Positions 1 through 16,462 of a stretch of 64,000 nt of DNA are shown one piece after another. Each line of letters begins with the position of its first letter. Within the stretch, counting starts at the first letter, position 1. Below the pieces are notes generated by a model. The model worked only from the letters and a program-made list of their open reading frames with translations, did no database searches and had not been told where the DNA came from. Source of the stretch: the human T2T-CHM13v2.0 reference genome, Homo sapiens; NCBI RefSeq assembly GCF_009914755.1, contig NC_060938.1; one strand, 5' to 3'. Position numbers and translations under genes: made by a program.

Positions 1-1374
1 ATATATAAAGACGGGTGAAAAATGGAAACCTTGTAAGTCAATTCAGTCAAGTACTAGATGAAGTGGAGGAGGCGAGTAGTAATATGGTAATTCAGAAGGG
101 GAAAGCTAACTGGATTAAAGCTTGGTGAGATGGTGGTTATACTGGATCTTAAAAGACTAAAAGATGTGGAATATCAAATAGGCATGTAAGGAGAGAAGAG
201 AAAAAGAAAAGGTAAATGTAGACATGAGAATGACATGTGGATAAATCATCTGTAGAAGTCAACACTTTGAGGTAGTAACAGAAAACATCTGTGGGGTCAG
301 TTGATGGGACTGGAATAAAGAAGTTGATTCAAGAAGCAATAAGCACTTTGTCAAGCTTTTCTGCAGGAAAGTGGCAAGATGAAAATCTTTTAGGAAAACG
401 AATTTAGCCTTATATCTAGAGAGAGTTCGAAAGAAAAGGACCTAAAAATGTGACGAATTAGGAGGCTATGACAGTAATTTGGCACACATTAATAAGGGAG
501 ACAGATAAGACGACAGAAGGGGAGTAAAAGAACGGGAGAAATAAAAATCATTCCATATTTGATTAAGATAGGAGAATGATGATTTTACTGACAGAAATAG
601 GTAAGATATGTACAACGATATGGTAAAGTGGTTAAGAACAGGAGTTTGGAGTCTATGACTTGTGTTCTTGATCTGATTCCATGATTTATTAGCTTTTCAG
701 TTGTGAGCAAGTTGCTTAGCTTCTTAAGCCTCAGTTTTATTTCCCCATAATGGGCTATATACACCCTAATAAATTATTACAAGGACTAAAAGAATTACTA
801 TGAGACTTAGAAGAATGTATCGTAACACCTGGTACCTATTAAGCTCTTTAAAATAGTAAATGCTGTTATTATTATTTATTACTATTATTATTATTTTTGA
901 GATAGGGTCTGGCTCTGTTGCCTAGGCTGGAGCATAGTGGCACAATCTGGACTTATGGCAACCTCTGTCTCCCCGGCTCAAGCCATCCTCCCACCTCAGC
1001 CTCCTGAGTAGCTGAGACCACAGATGCATACCATCATGCCCGGCTAATTTTTGTATCTTTTGTAGAGACAGTGTTTTACCATGTTGCCCAGACTGGTCTT
1101 GAACTCCTGAGCTCAAGCAATCTGCCTGCCTCGGCATCCTGAAGTGTGAGAGTATGTGCGTGAGCCACCACTTCTAGCCCAAAGCTATCATTAAGATGGA
1201 ACAGAGATACATTTTCAGAAAAACACACTGAAATTGACTTCAGACTCTGAGTGTGGGGGAAGATTTTAATTTTAAAAATCCACCAAGGTTAACAACGGCT
1301 TCCACAATTACTATGGGAGGAAACTATATTCATAAATTATTAATGTTCAATATAAACACAATCTGCATCATCTA

Positions 1375-1635
<261 letters not shown>

Positions 1636-3456
1636 CTAATGCATGTACACTGTCACTTAGGCAAAACTTTTTATATGGATAGTTGCAAAATTTAGAAATA
1701 CATTTTTGGCTAACTAATAAAAACTTCTGAAGTAACCGAAAGGCATCTTGCAAAGGAAAACATTTTGAATCAAAATGTCCTCATATTATTAATGATTAGT
1801 TTAGTATGAGCAGTTTCAATGTCTTTCATATATATACATGAAGAAGGTTTTTAAGATAAGCATTATTATTACTTTATCATTAAGTTACATTTTAAAAACT
1901 CAAATGCTGAGATACTTTAATTTCATAGAGTTTCAACTTAATTTTGATGTTAAAATTAAATAGGCTAGGTGTGGTAGCTCACGCCTGTACTCTCAGCACT
2001 TTGGGAGGCCAAGGCGGGAGGATCACTTCAACCCAGGAGTTTGAGATCAGCCTGGACAACATAATGAGACCCTGTCTCTACTAAAAAAAAAAATTGTTTT
2101 AATTAACTGGGCGTAGTGTCACAAGCCTGTAGTCCCAGTCACTCGGGAGGCTGAGGCTGGAGTATTGCTGGAGTCCAGGAGTTCGAGGCTGCAGTGAGCC
2201 ACAATCACACCACTGTACTCCAACCTGGGTGACAGAGCAAGACGTTGTATCGAAAATAAATAAAATTAAATACAAGAGAAGTTAATGTTTATTAGGAATT
2301 TTCTATGTACTGTGTGCTCATTTAAGTGGTTTATATTTAGCCCTTCTTTAATCCTCTCAACAACCCTGGAATTCATACTATTATCAGTTCCTGTTTATAG
2401 ATGAGGAAACCAAAATGAAAGCTCAAATAGCTCTCACAAAATAACCAACTATCAAATGGTAGAGTTGGGATTAGAGCCAAGTTAATAACCTGACTCCATC
2501 CTTCAAATCAGACACACATATTCAGTAGGCTCCAAGGTCAAAGTGCTATCAATACTACCACCACCACTCCTAATATAACTTATTATACATATATAACTAA
2601 TATAACCACAAAGTTTTATTTGTAGGCTTTTTTCCCATATTACTTTTATATTTACTATCTCATTTACCTTAACATTCTTAAGTAGGTAGCGCAGTACCTC
2701 CTGGAATAGAAGAACACTGGCTGAGAGGATTAAGTAATCTACTAAAAGTTATACAACTGATAGAAATGAAAGTACAGGCCAGGAGCAGTGGTCCACGCTT
2801 TTAATCCCAGCACTTTGGGAGGCTGAGGCGGGCGGATCACAAGGTCAGGAGTTCGAGACCAGCCTGGCCAGCATGGAGAAACCCCGTCTCTACTAAAAAA
2901 ATACAAAAAGTAGCCGGGTGGTGGCACATGCCTGTAATCCCAGCTACTCGCGAGGCTGAGGCTGATGGCGTGAACCTGGGAGGCGGAGCTTGCAGTAAGC
3001 CGAGATCGCGCCACTGCACTCCAGCCTGGGCGACAGGGTGAGACTCCGTCTCAAAAAAAAAAAAGACATGAAAGTACCGTTTGTTTCCTCATCTGCAGCC
3101 TACAGCCTTTTCTTTTTCCTGTAGTTTGTTCTTATTACTTATCATATATGTTTTACATTATAAAACTGTATAAATATTTCACTATCCTAGAGTCCATCCC
3201 ATTGATGATCAATTACATCACTCATATAGATTCTGATCTTTCTTATTATATAAAGACTATAGCTGAAATAGTAGTTGTTTTATGTGCCAAGACCAGCCGG
3301 CCAATTTTTATTTTCTTTCCTTTAGCAGTCAACATTTGACAATTTTTCTTTTCTTAGTTAAATCTCAGAATGAAGATCTTACTAGTTCCAACAAGCCAGA
3401 AAGCTATACCCAGTTTTGAAACATAGCCTCTGAATATTAAATAAGAAATTCACTTA

Positions 3457-3675
<219 letters not shown>

Positions 3676-4259
3676 TTACAATTGTAGTAAATTCTCATAT
3701 CCAGTTAGGAATGTACATTCTGGTTAACCAAATCCAAATATGTTCATACTTGGATTACTACTTAAAAACAAATAAGAACACAAAAATCCACACTGATAAT
3801 ACAAATATAATTTCATTTTTTTTTACAAAGCACTTTAGAATTTTAAACCTCCAGGCAGCAATACGGTAATCAATTATCATTAAGGTATAAATGGTTTGAA
3901 AGAACATTAACAGAGATGTCCACAAAATAAGCGACTAATGAAGTCTATTATATTTTACTGTACATAGAAACGGTAAGTCATAAGTAACAATGAGCTGGAT
4001 TTGGTCCACAGGCCATAGTCTATCAATCCCTGGCCCAGGATATCAGGATTGGTAGGTTAATGCATGGCTCTATGCAGAGATTATAGGTTTGATTTCTAAC
4101 AAGTTTTATGTGGACAAAAAGTAAAAGGAGAATTCCAAATCCTGAAAACTTTTCATCAAGAGATTAAGAAAAATGAAGGAAAAAAGAGCATTTTAAAAAC
4201 ATCATCCTCCGACAAACTTCATTGGCTACAAATTTTTTAAAAAATGAAGCCAACATTTA

Positions 4260-4758
<499 letters not shown>

Positions 4759-7700
4759 TAAACTTCACACTTTAGGTTCTTTAAACTACTGCAGTAATTG
4801 TAAGCATGAGAATGCACATTCCAATAACTGGAAAACTAAAATTTGAGATAATACCAACAAATGTAGTCAATATTGATATAACTCCACAAATATTATATGT
4901 AACACATAGCCTCACAGAATTCAAGGCAGGAAGACTGCTTGAAGCTAGGAGTTTACGACCAGCCTGGGCAACACAGTGAGACCTCTGATGCTACAAGAAA
5001 TCAAAAAGTTAGCTAGGCATAGTGGCACATGACTGTAGTCCTAGCTACCCAGGAGGCTGAAGCAGAAGGGTCACTTGAGCCCAGGAGTTCAAGGTTACAG
5101 TGAGCTATGATCATGCCACTGTACTCCAGCCTGGGTGACAAAGCAAGATCCTGTCTCAGAGAAAGAAAGAAAGAAAAAAAAAAAACAATAAAAATGATGT
5201 GAAAAGTGCTAAAAAGGTAATGTTAAATGAAAAAAGCAAGAGTTAAAATTGTTTTACATATAGTATAGTCCCAAGTATATTTTCAAAGCATAGTTGGGGA
5301 TCCAAAGAGCTATGGTGCTTCTGGTTAGCTATAGATGCCATCATAGCTCATTGCAGCCTCGACCTCCTGGGCTTAAGTGATCCTCCAGCCTCAGCCACCA
5401 AAGTACCTGGGAGTATAGGAACACATTACCCACACCCTGCTAATTTTTTTTTTTTTTTAAAAGAGATGATATCTCACTATGTTGCTTAGGCTGGTCTTGA
5501 ACTCCTAAGCTCAAGCGATCCTCCAGCCTCGGCCTCTGAAAGTGCTAGGATTATAGGGGTAAACCACTGTGCCTGGTCATTTTTCTTCTTTTATAATGTT
5601 TGTGAATCCAAATTTCATTATATACACATACTAAAATTTATTCAACCACTCTGCTACTGGTGAGAAAAATGTTCGAATTTTCACAATTCTAATTAAGATA
5701 AATACACACAATATTTCATGTCCTTATAGCACAGAGGTTTTAATTCCTTATGTCAAGATTAAATACATGTAACCATAAAATAAACCACCCCATCTTACCA
5801 TTAATTTCTCTTTAAAACATTGTTTCTGTGCCCTATACTTCATTTTCCCTCTTTTCTCCCTTTAAATGAGAAACCTGAAATACGCTGAAGATAACTTTTT
5901 CAGTTGTAAATTATCTTGATGGCAGGAAGCTTATAATTTTATCTTCATCTCCCTAATATCTTGTGTTTGGCATGTAGTAGGCAGTCAGGTGTGCTTATTA
6001 AGCAAGCATAAAAGACAACAGCATCAGGTAATTAAACACACGGCATGACTGGCTGAACATGAAAATATGGATATACTTTCATCTGACCTTCATGTACTTT
6101 CAATAATATCCCTAAGTCCTTTAAAACTAGATCTCCATCATTCTGCTGAGGCTACAAGGCAAGCTGTCCTGTAAATGGCAATTTTATTATCAAATCAGAA
6201 TAGACATGGGGATCGTGCCTTTAAAAAACCTAACTGTACAAGGAGTTAAAGAGTAAAAAGGAAGGTATCGAGGCTATGTGTACATCATAAGGGTTGGGGA
6301 AAGCAGTATGTATAAAATCAATTTATAAAATGTAATAAAGGCCAGGCGCAATGGCAAACACCTACAATCCCAGCACTTTAGGAAGCCAAGGTGGGAAGAT
6401 CACCTGATGTCAGGAGTTTGAGACCAGCCTGGACAACATGGTGAAACTCCATCTCTATTAAAAATATAAAAACTAGCCAGGCGTGGTGGCATGTGCCTGT
6501 ACTCCCAGCTACTTGGGAGGCTGAGGTAGGAGAACTGCTTGAGCCAAGAGTGGAGGTTGCAGTGAGCTGAGATGGCACCGCTGTACTCCAGCCTGGGTGA
6601 CAAAGCAAGACTCCATCTCCAAAAATAAAAAATAAAAATAAAAATAAAAATAAAAATAAAATGTAATAAAAATGGTGGAACACTAAGAATACTTAGAAAA
6701 GTACTTATTTCCTTACTTCAAGGTTAATTGTATTTATCGTAATAAATTTGAAAAACTCAGAAAAGCACATTAAAAAAAAAATAAAATTTACCCCAAATCC
6801 CACCACCTACAAAGAGCCGCCATTAACATTTTGACATCTTTGTTCTTTTCTCCCTTAGACATATGAGTAAAATTTTTAGAAAACAGAGATTGTATTGTAC
6901 ATACTTTGTTAATAACTTGTTTTGTTTCCCCTAAACAATATTATCAGGGATTTTCCCATCTTATTAACTATTATATGGTTTTACTATAATAGTATTACTG
7001 AATAGCTACTAGTATTGTATATTCTGGCAACATAATTTATTTAACCAACTTCCTAGTTTGGGACATTTAGGCTATTTCTAATTTTTCTTATTACAAATAA
7101 CATGCTAAGTATCTTGCATATGAAAATTTTTCTGGTGGCTCACGCCTGTAATTCTAGCACTTTGGGCGGCAGAGGCAGGAGGATCGCTTGAGCCCATGAG
7201 TTCGAGACCAGCCTAGGCAACATAGTGAGACCTTATCTCCACTAAAAAGAAAAAAAATTAGCCAGTGTATTGGTGCCTGACTGTAGACCCAGCTACTTAG
7301 GAAGCTGAGGCAGGACGATTGCTTGAGCTTGGGAGACTGAAGCTGCAGTGAGGCAAAATAGCACCACTGCATTCCAGCCTGGATGACAGAATGAGACGCT
7401 GCCTCAAAAAAAAAATCACAAAAACAAACAAGAAAAGTTTTCTGCCCATTGTTTAAGTCCATATTTAAGGCATTTTTTGTTTTTTTTTGCACTCGCTCTG
7501 TCGCCCAGGCTGGAGTGCAGTGGCGTGATCTCAACTCACTGCAAGCTCTGCCTCCCAGGTTCATGCCATTCTTGTGTCTCAGCCTCCTGAGTAGCTGGGA
7601 CTACAGGCGCCCACACTACACCCGGCTAATTTTTTTTTATTTTTAGTAGAGACGGGGTTTCACCGTGTTAACCAGGATGGTCTTGATCTCTTGGCCTCGT

Positions 7701-8928
7701 GATCCGCCCGCCTCGGCTTCCCAAAGTGCTGGGATTACAGGAGTGAGCCACTGCGCCTGGCTGGCATTTTTTTTTTTTTAAGAACATATTTATGTCCAAA
7801 GCAACCTACAGGAAGATTACGGAGGGTAAATGTGACAACAATGGGGAATTAAGAATAACTGTATGATCAAGCTCCCAAGTTTAAAAACCTATAACGTCAT
7901 TATTAGATCATATCCTACATCTGTTATCGTGAAATTGTATCGCACTGGAAGTTATAAAAATACGTAAGGTTAGAGATTAAGAATTTGTTGCACTGTACTA
8001 TAAGTTGACCTATACAATTATTTCTTGACCACATTCATGGACCAAAGACTACAAAACAGGATTGTCAGAGCTCAAAATCTTTTTCTTCATCTTCTGCCCC
8101 CCAATCCTGAAAGAGATTGAATACACTATTAACTAATCAAGGATTCAAGATATATGACACCAATTCCTATAGAGATCTCAACAAAAGATTCTGATCTCCA
8201 GGAAGATGGAGATGAGTTATTTTTAGTAATACTGAATTAGTACTCATAAGTAGTATCAATTATAACATATAATTATCAGTTTGGAATGAAATGATAGGTA
8301 CTAAAAGTTTTGAGTCTAGATGGAATAAAAGTGCAGTTAACCGAATAAAGGGTGAAGATGTAACATTTGAAAATGTTGATTTATTTTACATTATACATTT
8401 TACATTATAAACCCTTTAGACAGGGGGTACACACAGTATACACAAAACAGTAACCACAAACAAAAACAAAATAATACTTTTTAGAGGGTATATAATGGCA
8501 AAATTTTTTACTACTGAGAATTATAACTGTTTAAGCTTTTCCTCTCTGTCCATCCATTCCCAAGTGACATCATTTGTTGAAGCAGTCCATTTATCACAAT
8601 CACCTAAGGAGTTTAAAAACTTTCAGTGCCCACCACCACAGTATGCATACCATACTAATCAGGATCTTCAGTATCTTAAAAATTTGCCTGGATAATTCCA
8701 ATGTGCAAGTCAGGGGTGGAACAATCCTCAGGTGAATTAATCAACTCATTCTTTGCAATTAGATGAAAATCTATTTAAAAGCAACCACAAACGCAGGCCA
8801 GGAGCAGTAGCTTACACCTATAATCCCAGGACTTTGGGAGGCTGACGGGGGCAGATCACCTGAGGTCAGTTCAAGAACAGCCTGGCCAACATGGCGAAAG
8901 CCCATCTCTACTAAAAATATAAAAATTA

Positions 8929-9141
<213 letters not shown>

Positions 9142-11531
9142 TCAGCACTTTGGGAGGCCGAGGAGGGCGGATCACCTGAGGTCAGGAGATTGAGACCAGC
9201 TTGGCCAACATTATGAAACCCCATCTCCACTAAAAGATGCAAAAATTAGCCAGGCATGGGGGTGCATGCCTGTAATCCCAGCTACTTGGGAGGCTGAGGC
9301 AGGAGAATCACTTGAAACCCAGGAGGCGGATGTTGCAGTGAGCCACCGCACTCCAGCCTGGGCTGTCTCAAAGAAAAAAAAAGTAACCACAAACAATACA
9401 TGATTGAGATCAATATTATTTCTTTTCTGTATAAAATATCTTGACTTTCCAACCGGTAAACATTTTTACGTTAGAACCCTACAGTCAGAATAGAGAGAAT
9501 CAACTAATTTAAAAGACAATTACATATGCATTAATAAATTGTGCATTAATTTATATTACGTAAGTATTATTTCCAACCTTAGGACAACCACATGTTACAC
9601 AACTGTTTAAACATAAGGCTAACCACAATAACAACAAAATGGCTTGAAATATTCGGTTGCTGTTTAAATTTAGATACTTTAATTAAGACCTTTCTTCTCT
9701 AGAACTCAAATGTAAGGCCAAAAAGCAAACAGCCTGATATTTTACATAAATATCATATCTGGCATAACAGGAAATTAGAAACTTAACTTCCCTATTCATG
9801 TAGTTTCTATCTTCTGGTTCTGTAACGACACCTACTGGAGACTGTGGATAACTGCTTATAACCCACTTTCTGTATCTGGGATCTTGCCAGGTCACTTCTT
9901 TATAAATATATTTTTGAGACAGTGTCTTGCTCTGTTGCTAAGGCTGGAGTGCAGTGGCGAGATCTTGGCTCACTGCAACCTCTAACTCCCAGTATCAAGC
10001 GAACCTCCCACCTCAGCCTCCTCAGTAGCTGGGACTACAGTTGCACACCACCATGCACAGCTAATTTTTTTATTTTTGTAGAGAAGGAGTTTTGCATGTT
10101 GCCTAGGCTGCTCTTGAACTGTTGGGCTCAAGCAATTTGCCTGCCTTGGCCTCCCAAAGTGCTTGGTTACAGGTGTAAACTACTGTGCCTGGTCACCTAC
10201 TATTTTTTTTCCAAAATAGTTAGAATCCTGTTTGTTCCAAATTTGTTAGAATCCAAACAGAATGATAGGGTTTGCTTTTATCTGTTCTCAATGTTTTTAT
10301 CAAAACAAACAAAATCTCCCCTTCCTTGAATATTCATTATTATTATTATAACTTAGGTGGGGATACAAAAACTATGAGCACATTAAAAAATTCATTAAAC
10401 TTAGTAAGAAAGGATCTTCCTGAAACTGCAATTGGGCAATAAATCCGAAAAGAAAACTTCTCTAGAATAGTAAAATCACTTTTTTAAGAGGAAAGGCTGT
10501 AAAAAGTATATTTTCTTTTTTGCTTTTCCACCTTAGACCCATCAAAGATAGTGGAACCATTTAAGAACAGGCTTAATTTAAATCCTTTGCTTAAAAGGCC
10601 AGCCCTGTTTCATCCACAGTAGTTATTGGTATATTAATCCAAATTAATTATTCTAAAGTAATTATATGCTCTATAAAAAGGCAGTTACAGACTAGTTCAA
10701 ATTTCATCCTCTCCATGAATCTTTCTTTGAATATTCCAAACCACTGTAATTTTCCTCTTCATTCATTAACAATTCAGTCATATATTCTCTTATCACCATA
10801 ACCTTATAGTTACAGTATTACAGGAAATGCTACAAATACATTTGGAAAAAACACTATCTTTTGAAACTGAAGCTAGTAAAAATCAATATAAATTTCATTC
10901 ACTTTTCTATGCAATGAAAGCACATCATCCCAAGACCTGTTTCAGAGAGGTGTTGGTGATGAAATTAAAATATTTTTCTAAGTCTTCACCAAAGAGATAA
11001 AGGTAAATTGTCTAACTGGTATCCTCTGGAAGATATAACTGGATAAGAAGATATAATAAAAGCTATGATCTAGTCAAATGCATGGTTGTTGGTCGAGAGA
11101 GAGGAAATGAATGAATGAATCAGTGCGGATGACAGTGATTTGTAAACTATTATTAGCCACAATAGCCTATGAGAGAGATTCACTTCCCATTTCGTTTTTC
11201 AGATAGTAACAAGAATTTCCTGGATAGTGGATTTTGATGCCTGAGAAATGTATATGTCCAGTTACTAATTAAGAAACTATCATTCTCAATGAGAAATCAT
11301 TATCACCCTTTGGTTTTTCAAAACCAAAGTCCATTTTTTGGGGAGGACATCTTGTATTTATTAATTTTTCACATACAATAGCATAAGATGGAAATCCCTA
11401 CATAGTATGAGGTATACAACATGATGTTTTTAACGAGGCTTTGCTCATATATACATTGTGAAATAGATTACCACAATCAAGTTAATTAAATATCTATTAT
11501 CTTTGTGTGTGTATGTGTGTGTGTTCTAAAG

Positions 11532-11860
11532 CAGGGGGGCCCCAACCAGTGGGCCACGGACTGGTACTGGTCCACGGCCTGTTAGGAATTGGGCTGCACA
11601 GCAGGAGGTGAGTGGCGGGCAAGCGAGCATTATCATCTGAGCCAAACTCTTGTCAGATCAGCAGTGGCATTAGATTCTCACAGGAGTGTGAACCCTATTG
11701 TCAACTGTGCATGTGAGGGATCTAGGTTGTGCACCCCTCACAATGCCTGATGATCTGAGGTGGAATAGTTTTATCCCAAAACCTCCTCCTATCCCTACGC
11801 CATGGACGAACTGTCTTTCGCCATACTGGTCCCTGGTGCCTAAAAGGTTGGGGACCACTG
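11532..11860 (+). mobile_element. MER1B-like hAT-Charlie non-autonomous DNA transposon
   Basis: TIRs CAGGGG..CCCCAACC / GGTTGGGGACCACTG; 8-bp TSD TTCTAAAG / GTCTAAAG. Confidence 0.85.
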
Positions 11861-12296
11861 GTCTAAAGTTCATTTTAAGTGAACTGATAAAAACCATTTA
11901 AAATCCCTCCAACTGAAGACAAATCCCTGGACCTTTAATGGTTCCAAAAAATTTCCAAGGTAAGAAAGCCTATGAGACCTAGTCTAAGAAAAAACCTAGT
12001 ATGTGTCTTTGTAATGACTGCTCATAAATCAGTATCTTATGTCATTATTTTTCATTTGTATTTTCAGCTAGATGATAAGCTGTGAGCAAAGTATTGTATC
12101 CACAACAGTTCTAGTGGTTTTAGGCATTTAATCATTTCTTATTAAGTATTAGCCAAGTGAATAATTAAACAAAAACTTATATTTCACCTTCACCTGTTAT
12201 TTATAAGAAATCATTTACGCTAATGAGATCTCTGGCAACATTCTTCTTACCCACCAGTTCTCTATTATCCATTCACTGAACCATTGAAGATATTTA

Positions 12297-12473
<177 letters not shown>

Positions 12474-12530
12474 CTAAAAGGGAAAAAAAGTATATAAGGT
12501 TTTAAAATCACTGATCACAGATTGAATCTA

Positions 12531-12743
<213 letters not shown>

Positions 12744-12938
12744 TTAGTACTATTAATTATCTGGTGAGAGTATGGGATTTAAAACTCAGGTTGAGCTTTA
12801 ATGCACCCACTGGCCAACTTTAACATATCACAGCCAAAAGACTGTATTTCTCATCCTTGAAAACTGCCCTAGAAATGACTGGCTCAACTACGTGTTGCTA
12901 GTAACAAGGTTAAGAATGGATACTAAAAGAACATCTCA

Positions 12939-12940
<2 letters not shown>

Positions 12941-12974
<34 letters not shown>
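12941..12974. repeat. (GT)17 microsatellite
   Basis: Perfect dinucleotide run. Confidence 0.95.
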
Positions 12975-12976
<2 letters not shown>

Positions 12977-15550
12977 ATACCTTAAGGTATAACATGACAT
13001 AAAATATAAAAATAGATGTAAAAAAAGATTTACAAAAGCAGATATGTTTTTTAAAAAAGCACAGTCTGAAAAAATGTATAAGAATTAGCCTGAGGCCGGG
13101 TGTGGTGGCTCACGCCTGTAATCCCAGCACTTTGGGAGGCGAAGGTGGGTGGATCACTTGAGGTCAGGAGTTCAAGACCAGCTTGGCCAACATGGTGAAA
13201 CCCCATCTTTAGTAAAAACACAAAAATTAGCCGGGCGTGGTGGCAGGTGCCTGTAACCCCAGCTACTCAGAGACTGAGGCAGGAAAATCGCTTGAATCTG
13301 GGAGGCAGAGGTTGCAATGAGCCAAGATCAGCCACTGCACTCCAGCCTGGGCAACAGAATGAGTCTCCATCTCAAGACAAAAAAAAAAAAAAAAAAAAAA
13401 AAGAATTATCCTGAGAAAACTTAGACATGTTATTATGGAAAATTTCAAACATAAATAAATAATAGTACTATGATGATGCCTGCCCCTATCCCTTCCAGCA
13501 TATGCTCATTATTCATCTTTACCAGCTGCAACAGTATTATTTCACCTACATCCCCATTCCTGATCCCACATTTCTCCACATTATTTTTAAGAAAACCCTA
13601 GGCAGCACATCATTTCATCCATAAATATTTCACCGTGTATCATTAAAGTGAAATACATTTTATTTTGAACATAATCCTGCTATCATAATCTCATGTTGTA
13701 AAAAAAAAAAAGCCACTGAACATCAGGTACCCATTCAGTATTCAAATTTCCAACTATCTCATAAACACCTGTTTTTGTTTGCTTCCGTGTTTGAATCTAG
13801 ATCTAAGTAAGGTGTACACATTGCAGCTAGTTTATCTTGTCTCTTTCAATTTAGTATTCTCCCTATACCTTTCCCCTCACTGGTAATTTATTTGAAGAAA
13901 CAAGGTTATTTGTTTTGTACAATTTTCTACAGTCTGGGTTTTTATGATTATAGGCCCCTGGTATAGCTTAATTTGTTCTTCTATCTGTACTTTTTAAAAA
14001 AAATAAATTGGTAGTTGTATCTAGACGGGGCTCATTTTTGCTTTTGGTGATGGGCAGGGTGGGGTGCAGGTTAGTTCATAAGTGGTATTGTGTTCTCCAA
14101 TAACACAGGAGACAACATATGGTTGCCTCTCTAACATATACACTTTGAAAAGCTGATCCATTTATCACATTAACTGCAATGATCACCTCAAAGATGTTTT
14201 ATCCTAATTTCTGTTAGGTTATCAAAAAATCTTATCCACAGAGAGCTTAAATGGCTTTTGCCAGTTTGTAACTTAAATACTGCAGGAATGAGTAAAAATT
14301 CCCTTAGAAAAATGTTTATACTCTTCGAAGTGTTTCTTTGAGCAATTGCACCAGGATGAAATGAGGACTGAGGTGATATCCACTGATCAGAAGTGGTAGG
14401 ATGAGTTAGGAAGGGTTTACTTGCCATCACTTTCTGTATCATTAGCAGCAGTAACAGTAGTAACAACAAATATTTATTGAAGCTTACTTTTTTTTTTTTA
14501 AGAGATGAGGTCTCACAATATTGTCCAGGCTAATCTCTAAATCCAAGCCTCAAGTGATCCTCCTGTCTCAGCCTCCTGAATAGCTGAGATTACACACGGT
14601 GCTTGGCTTACTGAATACTTAATACGTGTTGGGAAATGTCCTAAAAACTTTACATATAACCTTCATAGTAACCTAATAAGGTCAGGTTAGTATGTTGTTT
14701 TACAGGTAAGGAAACAGGAACAGGGAATTTATTACTTGCCAGAGATCATATGATGATCACATAGCTGTCAGACTGAAACCCAGTTAATCAGGCTCCAGAA
14801 TTTGAGCTTTTAACCACCGTGCTGAATCACTCATTCATCCAAATTGTGTTTAATATGCTACAGAGAAAAATTTTATTATATTTAATCTTCCTTTCAAGAA
14901 GGTATACACTATGGGATACCAATATATACATATAATAGGAAGGTAGGAACTATTATGTTTCATAAAAGATAAAAACAAAAGCACTATTAAATTTAGGGAA
15001 GGAGAGATTACATACAGGAATTAGGAAGAATGGACAGGGATCAGTGAAGTCATAATGACTGAGCAAATGACAGTTGCTCAAAGGAATGTCTAAGTTTAAT
15101 TACCAGCATATGACACTCAGCAAAATAATTCTGTTGGTAGTACAATACAAAAGGTATGCTTGTTCCTATGGCTATGTGTGAAAATAGTAGAAAATCTCTG
15201 CTTCTCAGTTGAAAGTGATTACTTTCCCAACTGTCCCTGGAAAAAGTACCTAAAAATAATTAAGATAATTTTGAAATGCAAATAGGCTTTTGTATAAAAA
15301 TGCATCACTAACTTGCTGGTGAGTTATTTTCAATGTAGAGAATATTAAGATATTTGAAAATAAATCCATACCAAAACTAAGACAGGAAATAAAAACTAAG
15401 AACTCAATTTTTACTCCAATCCTTCGGAAAACTAAGTCACTCTAAGACTCTAAATCTACATCTGCTGGATAGTCATGAAGAAAAGTTATTTCAATTCTTA
15501 AGTACATTCCACATGGCAAAAGCAATTTCTTACTATGTCCTAGAAACTGA

Positions 15551-15799
<249 letters not shown>

Positions 15800-16195
15800 T
15801 AGTAGAGATGGGATTTCACCATGTTGGCCAGGCTGGTCTCGAATTCCTGACCTCAAATGATCCATTTGTCTTAGCCTCCCAATGTGCTGGGATTATAGAT
15901 GTGAGCCAATGTACCTGGCCTAGAGTTTGTTTCTTCCAGAAGTTCATAGTAAGTCCTGACTTTGTCTCCTAATGAACACTGTGGAACTGATTTGAAATAT
16001 ATCCTTTAGGACTCCTGATTGCATTTCCAAACTCCAATTCTGAGAAAATCCAAGTTAAAAAAAAAAAAGTAGAAGACTTCAAGACTTTTTCCTCTAATTC
16101 AAGTTTTTTTAAGGGTAAGACTTACATTATCAGGCCAGGCCCAGTGGCTCATGACTGTAATCCCAACACTTTGAGAGGCTGAGGTGGGAGGATCA

Positions 16196-16462
<267 letters not shown>

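Noticed and set aside
9683-9895. 70-aa non-Alu ORF (MTWQDPRY...)
   Set aside because: GTG start, no recognisable homology, no convincing splice sites
11110-11245. Possible box C/D snoRNA (GATGA...CTGA)
   Set aside because: Antisense to the host gene, imperfect box C, no terminal stem
14188-14469. 93-aa ORF with a branchpoint-like ttcctaac and a CAG acceptor near 14385
   Set aside because: No good downstream donor and no recognisable protein
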